Source: an uncultured Chthonomonadaceae bacterium (GTDB lineage Bacteria; Armatimonadota; Chthonomonadetes; Chthonomonadales; Chthonomonadaceae). Taken from it: a stretch of 64,000 nt of DNA. The stretch covers positions 140,413-204,412 of the forward strand of contig CAWFQB010000007.1 in NCBI GenBank assembly GCA_963817895.1. Reading direction: 5' to 3'. The notes under the pieces are model-generated. The model was not told the origin of the DNA and did not search any database. It saw nothing but the letters and a program-made list of their open reading frames with translations. This document shows positions 19,239-30,198 of the stretch, in pieces; the first letter of the stretch is position 1; the number at the start of each line of letters is the position of its first letter. A program made the position numbers and the translations under genes.

Positions 19239-19871
19239 ATGGCGACCCCACGCAGCAAAGAGAAAATATTGCGGTGCGCCCGCGAGATGTTTTATCATCT
19301 GGGCTATCATGCGACCAGCGTAGATGACATCATCTTTCGGACGGGGGTTGCCAAAAGCAATTTCTACTACCATTTCAAGACCAAAGAGCAGCTTGCGCTT
19401 GCGGTTCTGGAAACGCAGATAGACGAGTACGAACTGTGGATCGGGCAGTCGTTGCGTAATCCGATGCTTCGGCCTACAGATCGCCTGCAAAGTTTTTTCG
19501 CGCAGTTGTGTTCGGCGCAGCAGGAGATGCAGAAGATGGCGGGCTGCCCGTTCGGCAATTTCGCCGCCACTCTGCCCGGTGAAGATGAGTTCGCGGGCGA
19601 AGACAAGAAACAGCGCGAACGCTACGAGCAGAGCGAAATGTTTCGCAAGCACATCAGCCGCATGTTCCGGCATCTGGAACTGGCGCTGCACGATTGTCTG
19701 GCTGAAGGCGCGGCGTGTGGCGAATTCCGATGCGATATTGCGCCCGAAGAACTGGCCTCTTATCTGCTGGCAACCATTGAGGGGCTGCTGATTTTGACCA
19801 AGACGCACAAAGACATGGCGCACATGCTCGGCGGTTTCAGCGTGGCGCAGCGACTGCTTTGCGCGCGCTGA
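19239..19871 (+). CDS. TetR/AcrR family regulator
   Basis: GYHATSVDDI...VAKSNFYYHFKTKE; GCPFGN. Confidence 0.9.
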   Translation: MATPRSKEKILRCAREMFYHLGYHATSVDDIIFRTGVAKSNFYYHFKTKEQLALAVLETQIDEYELWIGQSLRNPMLRPTDRLQSFFAQLCSAQQEMQKMAGCPFGNFAATLPGEDEFAGEDKKQRERYEQSEMFRKHISRMFRHLELALHDCLAEGAACGEFRCDIAPEELASYLLATIEGLLILTKTHKDMAHMLGGFSVAQRLLCAR

Positions 19872-20243
19872 ATTCGGAAAGAGCATCAGACGCGAAATAC
19901 CGCAATTGAACTGTGGAGCGCGGCGAACTATCCGCAGTAGCCATGCAGTCATTACAGCATCTAAGAGTTGATAACACAGGGGCGTTCCAAAGAACGGGCC
20001 TTCTTTTTTATCCTGTGAGTAGGACTAACCCGTCCTACTCGAACAGTGAAACCGATGTTGTTTTTCGGCGTCTAACGCTTATCACGACGCGCTGATATAG
20101 CTGGGCAGCGACGCGAAAAACACGATATAATAAGAGTATACACGTAGACAAAGACGCAGACAAAACGAGTGTCCCCGGTTGGGCGAAAAGTAATACAGGG
20201 CGAGTCTAGTAACGCAGCGCAGGCTGTGGAGGGAGAGCGCGCA

Positions 20244-20894
20244 ATGGCTAACATCAAGACGTGGGAACCGCAAGCGGCTAATGGAGCCGACCATGCGGAA
20301 TTTCAGAAACTTATCGCGCGCACACAGCGCCAGGCATACAACATCGCGTATCGCATGACGGGCAACCGCGACGACGCTGAAGACTTGACGCAGGAGGCGT
20401 ATCTGCGGGCGTACCGCTCGTTTGCAACATACAATCGGCAGATGCCGTTTGAAAGCTGGTTTTTCCGTATTTTATCGAACCTGTTTATTGACCTGCTGCG
20501 GCGGCGTCCCAAACAAAAGCCGCTTTCTATAGATCAGTCAATGAGCGACGAGGAGAGCGACGATAACCTGTTGCTGCAATTGCCGGACGAGAACTCCAAC
20601 CCGGAGCGCAATCTGCTGGAAACCGTTATGGACGAGAAACTGCAGACCGCGCTTGCCCGTTTGCCCGAAGCGTTCCGCGTGGCGGTTCTGCTGTGCGACG
20701 TGGAAGACAAGTCGTATGAGGAGATCGCCGTTATTATGGGATCGTCTATCGGCACGGTGCGTTCGCGCATCCATCGCGGGCGGTCGCTGTTGCGCCGCAT
20801 TATGGACAGCCAGAACGCGCCCGTAAAAGAGAAGAAGCGCCGGATGCCGAAAGTGTCCGTGCCGCTTCCCGCCCTGAGCGCGGGGATGGTGTAA
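20244..20894 (+). CDS. ECF sigma-70 factor (RpoE-like)
   Basis: DAEDLTQEAYLRAY (region 2); SYEEIA...GTVRSRIHRGR (region 4). Confidence 0.9.
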   Translation: MANIKTWEPQAANGADHAEFQKLIARTQRQAYNIAYRMTGNRDDAEDLTQEAYLRAYRSFATYNRQMPFESWFFRILSNLFIDLLRRRPKQKPLSIDQSMSDEESDDNLLLQLPDENSNPERNLLETVMDEKLQTALARLPEAFRVAVLLCDVEDKSYEEIAVIMGSSIGTVRSRIHRGRSLLRRIMDSQNAPVKEKKRRMPKVSVPLPALSAGMV

Positions 20895-20896
20895 CC

Positions 20897-21119
20897 ACCT
20901 CACCCCCGGCCCCTCTCCTAGCGCAACGCGCTAGGAGAGGGGAGCGCATATACGTAAACTGATGCTGAGAACGGGAGGAACTATACATAGTGCCTCCCGT
21001 TTTTGCTCGTTTTACCTGGTACGTCCATCACCGTCAACTCGTTTACAGGATATTGTTAAATGAACGGCCTCCCCTCTCTTGGCGCGTTGCGCGGCCAGGA
21101 GAGGGGCCGGGGGTGAGGT
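20897..21119. repeat. Inverted pair of REP-like palindromes
   Basis: cctcacccccggcccctctcc...ggagagggg at 20897-20944 and an inverted copy at 21069-21119, between convergent genes. Confidence 0.75.
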
Positions 21120-22438
21120 TATTTTCCCGTCGGCGGAAGGAAGGCAAAAGGCTTCCAAAGGTGACGCGCCACAAGGTCGCCGGGAGAACCATCGCCGGGG
21201 CTTTTTTGCGGCGTCGCATGATCGTCCTGTTGGTCTGCGCCTACGCTGTACAGAACGTAATCGCGTCCGTTCTTTGCAGTCCGATAGTGCAGGGGCGCAT
21301 TGAGGAAGGGATCGAGCGGAACGGCGCGCAAATAGGCGTGTGACAGCGTGTTCAATGCCGCCGGATAGTGTCCCTGCGCGCGTTTGTAACGCTCAAGCGC
21401 CACTTCCACGCCGATGATGGCCTGAACCGCTTCCATTGAAACAAATTTCTGGCGGGCAGCCGCGAATACTGGAGCCGTTAAACTTAGAAGAGGGTCGCTG
21501 TTGGCAGGAACTTTTGATACGCCCGTATACGGCTGCCGCGCCTCTGCCGCAAGCGCTTTGTAATACTCCTGCTGATGCCTGACAAGCGCTTCCCTGCTGG
21601 TGAACATGAGCTGTAGCGACATCAGCCGTTCCTGCCAGGTAATTGCGCTGCCGGAAGTTCCTGTTAGTTCCTGAATGTTGAAGGGTTGTCCATTTTTGCC
21701 CGGTTTGCGCAGCATTTCCAGCAACAGAGCGGTACTCTGGTTGCCCTCTTCGTCAATGAGATCAGCGTATGGCACGCGCTTTGCGGCAATGGTATCCAAT
21801 CGTTGCGCCACATGGGCCAATTCCACGTCATTCAATTTTGGGAAAAGTTCTTCCATACTATGGATACTGATGGCTTCACAGGCGATGCCAACCAACCCCG
21901 CGATGAGCGAACCGCCGCGTGGAATGGTTACGCCCTCCTCCAGCATGTCGAGCATGGTGTCCGCCGCCTGTCCCGGTTGCCCGCTGATGACTTCATAACC
22001 CGCTTTGCCGACCATCGCGCGCGCCGTTGCTCGAAACAAAGCGAATTGCGGAAACTGTAAGGCGTTGGCGGTGCGGACGGGGGGACACAGGTACGCTTTT
22101 TTCAATCCCGCCTGAACCGCGCGCTGCACGGGGATTGCATCGGGGGCGCAGGCTTTGTAGTTGGCGTAGGTATAGTTTTGCGCGGGAGTGCCAGCCATAT
22201 TGGAAGGGCTGAGGTGCGCCATCTGCCCCGCCAGTTTGCCCGCCCGCACAAAGTCATCATAGCCGTTGTCCGCAGGCATTGTGGGCGTGGAAATGACTAT
22301 ATCGGGCGTTCGGCTGTTTCTCAAATAAACAGCGCCAATTGTTAAAAGCGTGAGAGACAGCAACAGCAGCCCCGCCACAAACACGCGCATAAGGCGGCTA
22401 GGACGACGTGGAAACCCGGAAGCGGAAGGGGCAGGCAT
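21119..22438 (-). CDS. Membrane-anchored hypothetical protein with T2SS-G-like C-terminus
   Basis: N-terminal TM; GHYPAAL...DPF...LYSVGAD..DD. Confidence 0.65.
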   Translation of the reverse strand: MPAPSASGFPRRPSRLMRVFVAGLLLLSLTLLTIGAVYLRNSRTPDIVISTPTMPADNGYDDFVRAGKLAGQMAHLSPSNMAGTPAQNYTYANYKACAPDAIPVQRAVQAGLKKAYLCPPVRTANALQFPQFALFRATARAMVGKAGYEVISGQPGQAADTMLDMLEEGVTIPRGGSLIAGLVGIACEAISIHSMEELFPKLNDVELAHVAQRLDTIAAKRVPYADLIDEEGNQSTALLLEMLRKPGKNGQPFNIQELTGTSGSAITWQERLMSLQLMFTSREALVRHQQEYYKALAAEARQPYTGVSKVPANSDPLLSLTAPVFAAARQKFVSMEAVQAIIGVEVALERYKRAQGHYPAALNTLSHAYLRAVPLDPFLNAPLHYRTAKNGRDYVLYSVGADQQDDHATPQKSPGDGSPGDLVARHLWKPFAFLPPTGK

Positions 22439-22567
22439 AACGTTTCTCCCTGAATAAAGCTTTCGTGCGGCAATGCAGTACAATAACGCGCGAAACAAGG
22501 CTAATCTTACCATACAACTGTAAAATTATACTGTTCCATTCACGAGGACTGGTAGAGAACACCAATT

Positions 22568-23344
22568 ATGCTTATTGATACGCATTGTCACTTCAACAAT
22601 AAACAATTTGCGGACAATTTGCCCGAATGCATTGCGCGAGCGCAGGCGGCGGATGTGCGTCGGATGATCGTGGTGGGCTATGATATGCCGAGCAGCGAAC
22701 ACGCGGTACAACTGTCGGAAACCTATCCGGGCGTGTTGTTTGCGGTTGTGGGCGTTCATCCGCACGACGCGAAAGATTGGAACGGGGAAGCGGACGCGCG
22801 GCTGCGCCAGTTGAGTGACCATCCCCATGTCGTCGCCATCGGCGAAATCGGGCTGGACTACCATTACGATTTTTCGCCGCGTGACCAACAGGAATCCGCG
22901 TTTCGGGCGCAAATGCGAATTGCGCGGGAGGTGGGTTTACCCGTTGTGATTCACTGCCGCGAAGCGTATGGCGACACGCTGCAAATTCTATCGGAAGAGG
23001 GCGCGGACGAGACGGGCGGCGTGATGCACTGTTGGGCGGGAACCGTAGAAGAAGCGGATAAAACCGTCGCGCTCGGACTCGCGCTCGGCTTCGGCGGGAC
23101 GCTCACCTTCAAAAACGCCGAAGCCACCCGGCAGGCGGCGCAGCGCGTACCGCTCGAAACCCTGCTGGTAGAAACCGACGCGCCCTACCTTGCGCCCGTC
23201 CCCCATCGCGGCAAGCCCAACGAACCCGCCTACACGCGCCTTGTGGCGGAAAAACTGGCCGAACTGCGTGGACTGACCCTGCCCGAAATCGCCACGCTCA
23301 CGACCGCCAACGCCCGCCGCATCTTCCCCCGCGTCACAGATTAA
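22568..23344 (+). CDS. tatD: TatD family hydrolase
   Basis: DTHCH, GVHP, GEIGLD, IHCR, ETDAPYL. Confidence 0.95.
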   Translation: MLIDTHCHFNNKQFADNLPECIARAQAADVRRMIVVGYDMPSSEHAVQLSETYPGVLFAVVGVHPHDAKDWNGEADARLRQLSDHPHVVAIGEIGLDYHYDFSPRDQQESAFRAQMRIAREVGLPVVIHCREAYGDTLQILSEEGADETGGVMHCWAGTVEEADKTVALGLALGFGGTLTFKNAEATRQAAQRVPLETLLVETDAPYLAPVPHRGKPNEPAYTRLVAEKLAELRGLTLPEIATLTTANARRIFPRVTD

Positions 23345-24347
23345 TCCTTGTGGGGGCCTTGCTGGACGACAATGTTGGTATCAACAAGGGCGACAATATA
23401 GACTACGAGGGTCAGGATGATGCAGGCGATCTGCGTGAAGCCGATGGGGTGGCGCGACCCAAAGCCGTAGGGGGAACGCAGCAGAAAGAAACAGAGCGCG
23501 TCCAGACCGAGGAAAAACACGCCCTTGCCGATCTCACTGTTATGGAACTGCCCCAGTCCGGGCAGAATGAGGGACAGCAGCCGGGCGAACCAGGGATTGC
23601 GGTCAACGGCTTCAGGGTCGGCCATGCCCCAGTTCTGCTGCAAAACGAGCAGTTCGCCGTACTTGCGCTCTGCCGAAGAGCGTTTCGGGTCGGCTTCCAG
23701 CGCGCGTTTGTAGGTGGCAAGCGCCTCATCCGTGCGGGCAACGCCCTGTAAAATATCGCCAAGCAGTTCCAGCGCGGCGGCGTCTTTGGGAACGAATTGA
23801 AGCGCTTCGCGGACTTTCACTTCGGCGTCGCGAAACTTCTCCTTGCGCCGCAGCATCGCTGCATCGCGCAACAGCGGTTCCGCCTGCATGATCTCCTGAA
23901 TGGAGGACTCGCGAAAGGGCGGCAGATCGAGCGACACTTCCCGAACGGCCTGCACCTGCGCGGCGGCTTTTTGCGCCATCAGTTCCGCCGCATACGCCTG
24001 CATCGAATCTCATTGAGGGCTTCGCGCTTTTAGCGTTTTTGGCGGGCAGTGGCGGCAGCGGCAGGGACGGCATGGCAGCGGTGACATTGGAAGCGCTTTT
24101 GGTAACGGCAACAGGCAGGCGCGTCCGCGTCGAATGTATGCGAATCGGCATTGAGCAGCTTTTGAACTTCCAGCGGCGACATGCCCATGCGCCGCAAATC
24201 GTCCTCGATCTTTTTGCGCTTCGCCGCATCCGCCAGCAGTTTGTCCGCATCCCCGCCAATGGGCAGGGGATCGTTTTCGATTGTGGATTGTGGACTGACG
24301 ATTTTCGATTGAGGATTGCCGATTATCGATTGCGGTTCTGTATCCAT
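23341..24347 (-). CDS. TPR membrane protein (apparent frameshifts at ~24000-24120)
   Basis: TPR repeats and LSLILPGLGQ TM motif; N-terminal part lies in other frames. Confidence 0.6.
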
Positions 24348-24425
24348 GTTTACTGTGCCGCCTTCTCTGCCGTTCATACCCTGATCTACACCATACTACC
24401 CGACTACCTATCTTACTTCTGCCGT

Positions 24426-24984
24426 CAAGCGTTTCAAAGCGCGTGGGAATGGCGCGGACGTTGCGGGATTCGTCGGGCAGCAGTTCCAGCTGCAGGCGGG
24501 GCGCTGCGTTCCAGAACTCTTCCAGATTGTAAAAGTCGCGCTGTTCGGCAGCCATCAGGTGACATACAATGTCGCCGTAATCCAGCAGTATCCAGGTGGC
24601 TTCCTGATAGCCCTCCATGCGCGGCTTGCGGATGCCCTCTTCGCGCATCCGCTCATCAATGCGGTCGGCAATGGCGCGCAGTTGGATACTGGATTTACCC
24701 GTGCAGATCAGAAAATAATCGGCAATGATGGTCAGGGTTCGCAGGTCGAGAACTTCAATGTCCTCGGCGCGTACCGCATCGGCGGCGGCGACCATCAGGC
24801 GCAATCTCTCCTCGGTATCCAGATTGGAAGCGGGACGCGGCGGGGCCGTGATTTCCTCTGCCTGCGGCTCATCTTCCTCCTCCATTTGCAGCAGCTCGTC
24901 CTCAATGTCGAAATCAGCGTCCTGCGCGTCCAGCGTGTCGGTATGGTCGGGCATGTTTGCGCCCCTTTCCTGTGTATCGCTCAT
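24426..24984 (-). CDS. rsfS: Ribosome silencing factor RsfS (3' end uncertain)
   Basis: DIEVLDL, ADYFLICTG, WILLDYGDIVCH, FYNLE.FW. Confidence 0.9.
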
Positions 24985-25010
24985 AAAGTACCTTCTAACG
25001 AAAATAGCCC

Positions 25011-25710
25011 TCAACCCCCGTCAGGTCTCCCAAGAAAGCCTGGGAGAAGGGGGACTGATTTATACGGAGTGTCCGCGAGAATAGCGGTTGTCTCGTTGCT
25101 GCGGATCGGCGGCGCGGTTCCGGCATATAGATTGTGTTTGCGAATGTATTCCACCACGCTGTCCGGCGTCATATAGCGCGCGGGCAAACCCTGCGCCATG
25201 CGCTGCCGCATATCCGAAGACGAGATACCGATGGCGGTGGAACCCAGCAGCAGAATGCGCGACAGATAGGCGGCGGGCAAGCGCTCTTTCAGGCTGCGAA
25301 CATCGAAGCCGGGACGGGTGGCGGCGATAAACGTTGCCAGTTGTATCACGTCTTCATGCCGCTTCCATGTAAGAATATCTGCAACCGCGTCTACGCCGCT
25401 GATGTAAAAAAGTTCCGCATCCGGGTGCTGCTGGCGAAGCTGCGTCAGCGTGTCTACGGTATAAGAGGGGCCATTGCGCGTAATCTCAATGGGCGAACAT
25501 CCGAACGCGCCGTTGGCATGCGTGGCGAGCAGGGTCATGTTGTAGCGATGGGTCGGCGCGGTAATCGCGTACCCTTTCTTATGCGGCGGCACGCCATTAG
25601 GCACGAACAACACCTTGTCCAGCCCGAAACGGCAGCGCGCCTCTTCCGCCACAAACAGATGCCCGAAATGAATCGGGATCGAATGTGCCGCCCATGATAC
25701 CCAGTCGCAT
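25011..25710 (-). CDS. nadD: Nicotinate-nucleotide adenylyltransferase (apparent frameshift near 25676)
   Basis: MRLGIMGGTFDP/IHFGHL across the frameshift, PPHK, SYTVDTL, ISSS. Confidence 0.9.
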
Positions 25711-25711
25711 T

Positions 25712-27314
25712 TTAAGGATCAACCTGCAAAAATCGAACGCCCGTTTTGTCTATTTCAATACCCGCCCACGTTTCCGCGCTAATGGCAATAGTTCGGAGGG
25801 ATAAGGGGTAAGGGATAAGGGATAAGTTACTTGTTGTATGGAAGTTCTCCTCGCTTACCCCTTTTCCCTTACCCCTTATCCCTTCCTGTAAGTTTGCCAG
25901 CGGGATCGCCGCTTCCAGCAGGCGGTCTTGGTAGGCGAGGCGGACGCCGTCGGGCAGGGTTGTGCCGGGTTGGGCGGGGCGCAGATGCGCGACGTAGGCG
26001 CGGGCAGGAGTGTTGCCCTGCGCATCGAACGGGCGCAGATGCAGCGTGTAAGTTACGCGGCGGCTGACGGGTTGGCGGCAATCCAGGCGCGACGTACAGA
26101 TAACGGCTGTCCCGGCAGGCATATAGGGCGCGAATGTCGCCGCTGCCCTGCAGGTCGCGCAGTACGTTGTCGCGCACGGGGTCGAGCAGGCAGGGCGGCA
26201 GGCTTTGCCAGTCCGCGTCGTTGGCGTCCACGCGAATAGCGTTGTCCGGCACGATGGGCAGGCGCGTGTCGGCAAGGTCGCCGTACAGTTCGGTGCTGCG
26301 GGCAAAAGCGTTCAGAAACCGGCCCATCATGGCTGTCTGACTGGGATACAGGCTGATGCTTTGCGCCTTGCGCCGGGTCTGTTCGGGCGTGAGCGGCAGT
26401 GTCAGCCAGCGCGTATCGGTTTGCGCCAGTTCTATGGGCGGCGTGAGCGGCGTGGCAGTTCCGGCTTTTTGCGGCAGGGGCCAGTCGCCCCGATGCACCA
26501 GATAGTATTCCAGCCGGGTCTGTTTCGCCCAACTCGCTTCCTGTGGATCGGCCTGCAACTCCTGCAGGGCGCGGGCCACAAACGCGGCAGTGGCGGCGTG
26601 GTCGGCATGGTCTTCGGCGGGATGCGTGACCGTAACAAGCGTTGGGTGAAACGCTCGCAATGTGGCTTTCACGTCCTCAAGAACGTTCTGGCCGCAGTAC
26701 GCGGTTTTCGTATGAAACACGGTCGCATAGGGCGCATGGTCGCAGCGCGTAGTTGCGGACGTATACAGATTGGCGGGCGTCCAGTTGTCGTTCCACAGCG
26801 CCTGCAACCCCTGATCCGGGTAGCCCAAAAACTGAACATTGTCTGCGGTGACGCCCAGATTGGCAAGGGCGCGTAACGACTCCTGCTGGCGCGTATCCGC
26901 AAAGCGAACATAGTCCTGCGGCTCTACGCGCAATCGCCCCGTTTGCAATTCAACAGCGGTACGGAAGCCGTCGCCATTGGTCACGATCATGGCCTGCGCT
27001 TTGCCCCCGGCCTGCAGGGTCTGCTGTATCAATCCCGCGCAGCCCAGCGTTTCATCGTCGCAATGAGGCGCGAAAACCATCAGGCGCGTGGCCGATGTGG
27101 GCGCAGGCAGAACGGGCAGGCGCAGGGCGGCATAATGCGGCATTGGCCTGATGCTGGCGCAGGGAAAAGGCAAGCCTCGCCGCGCCGATATAAACGCCGG
27201 GCAGGGCAAGGCCAAGCCAGGCATAGCGGCGAAGCAGGCGAAAAGCGGTACGAAGGGCGAAACGCAAGGGCAACGGTTCTCCTGTAAAACGAAAAAAGGG
27301 ATGTGGCATAGCAA
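25712..27314 (-). CDS. PIG-L/LmbE family deacetylase (apparent frameshifts; start uncertain)
   Basis: APHCDDETLG, TNGD, R..E, FLGYPD, H.DH motifs. Confidence 0.8.
25795..25886. repeat. (agggata/ggggta)n inverted heptamer element in frame in the PIG-L C-terminus
   Basis: Encodes GIRGKGKG...LSLIPYPLSL. Confidence 0.7.
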
Positions 27315-27354
27315 AGGCCACGCCCACCCCTGTATCTAAATCACCACTGCAAAA

Positions 27355-27443
27355 CGGAGTGAAAGGGATTCGAACCCTTGATACGCTTTTGACGTATACA
27401 CGATTTCCAGTCGTGCTCCTTCGACCAACTCGGACATCACTCC
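27355..27443 (-). tRNA. tRNA-Ser (GGA)
   Basis: Acceptor stem ggagtga/tcactcc, anticodon arm cacga-ctGGAaa-tcgtg, long variable arm, GGTTCGAATCC T loop. Confidence 0.95.
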
Positions 27444-27456
27444 CTACTCACCTCTC

Positions 27457-27485
27457 ATTATAGCATGACAGACGGGTTGTGTCAA
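27457..27485 (-). promoter_or_regulatory. Consensus sigma70 promoter of tRNA-Ser
   Basis: TTGACA-17-TATAAT with extended -10 TG. Confidence 0.85.
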
Positions 27486-27620
27486 ATGTTGCGCAGGGAT
27501 AAAATTTCATTTCATGCTCGCATCTGCTATTTAAGGAGCAGGGCGCAGAAAACTACGCCCCGCAAACTATTCTGAAAGAGTGTTGGAAGTGACAGCGATG
27601 CAAAATGCGCGTGGTAAATG

Positions 27621-29180
27621 TTACAGCGTGGCGGCGAAAGTGGCGAGAGGGATGAAATCGGCGTCGGGCGGGGCTTCCTGCGGGCCGAAGTGCGCTCCCC
27701 CAACCTCGCCAATCGCGCCGTCGCTTGTCGGTTCCAGCAGACGGACGCGCGCCGTTGTGCCCATCAGATGTGATCCGCCCGTAAACTGCACCCGGATATA
27801 GTTGCTCGTGTAACCGCTGAGGAGTTGCGTGTTGAGAGTTGAGAGTTGAGAGTCAGAAATCGCCAATGCGCGGTCTTTGTCGGCGTTGTCTTCCGCCTCC
27901 TCTTCTCCTTTTCTCCTTTTCTCCTCTTCTCCCCTCCCCTCTTTTCCCTCTACCAGCACTTCCAGTTCACGGCCTAAATGCCGCTGAATGAACTGCTGTT
28001 GCGTGACGCGACAGGCAACGGCAAGTTCCTTGCTGCGGGCCTCTTTTTCCTCTTCGGCAACCTGCGCGTAACCGGCGGCGGGCGTGTTGGGGCGGGGCGA
28101 GTAGCGGAACAGATGGGCGCGGGCGTAGCCGACTTCGCGCGCCACTTTCAGCGTGTTTTCAAACGCGGCCCGGTCTTCGCCCGGAAAACCCACCATGATG
28201 TCGCTCGTAATCGCCAGATCGGGAATACGCGCCTGCGCCGTCCGACAGCGTTCCAGATAGAAATCCTGATCGTAGGGCCGGTTCATCGCCTGCAAAATGC
28301 CCGTGTCGCCGCTTTGCAAGGGAATGTGCAGATGGCGGCACAGTTTCGGCTCACTTGCGAAAGCGTCCAGCAGGCGATCCGTTACCTGCGTGGGTTCGAT
28401 GGACGACAGGCGGACGCGCTCGATACCCTCTACCTGCGCCAGCATCAACAACAAATCGGCAAGGTCGGGGCGGGCATACGTTTGATCCTTTGTCCAATGC
28501 TGCGACTGCGTGGTGACGCGCAAAACGTCCCCGTCCGGTTCTGGTAAACCCTGCGCGTAGGCCGTATTGCGGGCCGTGAAATCGGCTTCCTGTCCGTATG
28601 CGCCCACCAGTACGCCCGTAATCACCACTTCGCGATACCCCTGCCCCGCCAACCGCTCCACTTCCGCAACCACTTCTCCAACCGGGCGTGAACGCATCAC
28701 TTTGCGGGTGTAGGGAATCGAGCAGAACGCGCAGAATACATTGCAGCCGTCCTGAACTTTAATCGTGGCGCGGGTGCGGCGTACAAACGGGCGGGCATCC
28801 GGCAGGCGCGGATTACTGGCAATGTCGCGCTCCAGATGAGGATGGGCGCGAAGCACATGCGACAGGGTTTGCAGTTTCTGGTGGTTGGGAACCAGCAGCG
28901 TTGCCTCCTCGACTGTTTCCCCTTTGATCTGCGCCATCTCGCCGTAGCAGCCGGTCATTACGACAACCGCTTCGGGATTCTGGCGCGCCACTTTGCGCAC
29001 CATCTGGCGGGACTTGCGCTCTGCCGCCTGCGTCACCGAACAGGTATTAATCACGTACACGTCAGCGGGCGTGTTGAACTCGGTTATGGTAAACCCACGC
29101 GCTTCAAAGTCGTCCAGTATGCGCTGAGTCTCATACTGGTTCACTTTGCAGCCAAGCGTGGTAAAAGCGGCGGTCGGCAC
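27621..29180 (-). CDS. mtaB: tRNA methylthiotransferase MtaB (radical SAM)
   Basis: TLGCKVNQYE, INTCSVT, CNVFCAFC, IMVGFPGE, TRAM domain. Confidence 0.9.
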   Translation of the reverse strand: MPTAAFTTLGCKVNQYETQRILDDFEARGFTITEFNTPADVYVINTCSVTQAAERKSRQMVRKVARQNPEAVVVMTGCYGEMAQIKGETVEEATLLVPNHQKLQTLSHVLRAHPHLERDIASNPRLPDARPFVRRTRATIKVQDGCNVFCAFCSIPYTRKVMRSRPVGEVVAEVERLAGQGYREVVITGVLVGAYGQEADFTARNTAYAQGLPEPDGDVLRVTTQSQHWTKDQTYARPDLADLLLMLAQVEGIERVRLSSIEPTQVTDRLLDAFASEPKLCRHLHIPLQSGDTGILQAMNRPYDQDFYLERCRTAQARIPDLAITSDIMVGFPGEDRAAFENTLKVAREVGYARAHLFRYSPRPNTPAAGYAQVAEEEKEARSKELAVACRVTQQQFIQRHLGRELEVLVEGKEGRGEEEKRRKGEEEAEDNADKDRALAISDSQLSTLNTQLLSGYTSNYIRVQFTGGSHLMGTTARVRLLEPTSDGAIGEVGGAHFGPQEAPPDADFIPLATFAATL

Positions 29181-29210
29181 GGGCGGTATCCTCGGTATTC
29201 AGGTATTACG

Positions 29211-29296
29211 GTGATAATCTTCATCGCGCGGTTTTTAGAATCCATCAGCAAACTTGTCAAATGTTCCTTCTTCAAGTCGCGCATCTCCGGCATCAG
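29211..29296 (-). repeat. Diverged duplicate of an internal radC segment (30452-30537)
   Basis: 86 bp with about 9 mismatches by manual alignment. Confidence 0.85.
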
Positions 29297-29303
29297 GCAA
29301 GAT

Positions 29304-29522
29304 TTACTTTGCTATGACGGGTTCCTGCACAGCCTCAAATTGGATGCCATGATCGCCGGGATAGGGCTGGCTGTGTGAGTTCTCGCCCATCCAGATGGTT
29401 AGCGGTATGCCGTCGGGGAAAGCAGCGCAAGCGCGTTTCACATTTGGATTCCAATGCCGGCAGAAAGCGCAAACTTCGCTAAAAGCTGGAATTTCGTGAT
29501 CCCTGTCAATTGTTATGGGCAT
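29304..29522 (-). CDS. Small Cys/His-rich protein (candidate immunity partner)
   Basis: CxxC...CAAFPDGIP...H..P.PGD.GI.FE pattern; directly downstream of the JAB-like gene. Confidence 0.7.
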   Translation of the reverse strand: MPITIDRDHEIPAFSEVCAFCRHWNPNVKRACAAFPDGIPLTIWMGENSHSQPYPGDHGIQFEAVQEPVIAK

Positions 29523-29527
29523 GACGC

Positions 29528-30077
29528 TTACTCCTCCACTCTATTGTAACGCAGCCCAACCAATTCTGCAACCTGTACCCATATTTCATGATCAAGCCGG
29601 GCAGATGCTTCTTGTGGACTGATGGCGTGGCGCAATGCCGCGCTGTATAATTCGGCCTTGACTTCCTGGTAAACCAGATCGTAGAGCGGGCGTATCTCCT
29701 GATTCCAGGTAAGTTCCGTCCAGCCCAATGGCGATGGCCGCATAGAATTAGGTGAACTTCGGACCAACAGCGCGGATTTCCGCCATTTCCGCGTGGCAGG
29801 CCAGAAGAATATCTTCCGGCGAAAACGAATTGCCGACATGACGGGCATCAGTTGGATCGTAGTTCCATCCTCGCGGATGATTATGCGTGAAAGTGATATC
29901 GGAAATTGTTCTCAGTATATCTACTTCTGCGTCCGTAAACTCAATTTCGTAATCTTCATCCGGCTTTGAACTTTTCTGTAAAATCACATTGCCATTGCGG
30001 TCATAAGCGATCCCGACCTCGGAACGGAGCAGGCGCAGTTCCCGCTCTTTTTCCCGCACAATGTCAATCAATGCCAT
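29528..30077 (-). CDS. JAB/MPN-like metalloenzyme (apparent frameshift ~29750)
   Basis: E...THNHP...SFSPED metal-binding motif; C-terminal half in the overlapping ORF. Confidence 0.65.
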
Positions 30078-30198
30078 CTTTTCCTCACAACTGCCATATC
30101 TGAATGACCTGGCTGAAAACAAGCCTGTGTCTTTAGCCTTCAATGGCAATTCGCGTTCATTCGCGTGTATTCGCGGCTAAACACTCCTCTCATTCTTC

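Noticed and set aside
23341..27314. Frameshifts in the TPR gene, rsfS, nadD and PIG-L as pseudogenisation or recoding
   Set aside because: Single-base indels in conserved genes with otherwise intact motifs fit consensus errors better; a read pileup is needed
27355..27443. tRNA-Ser as the prophage integration site
   Set aside because: No duplicated 3' end seen, and core genes flank it; the breakpoint is in radC
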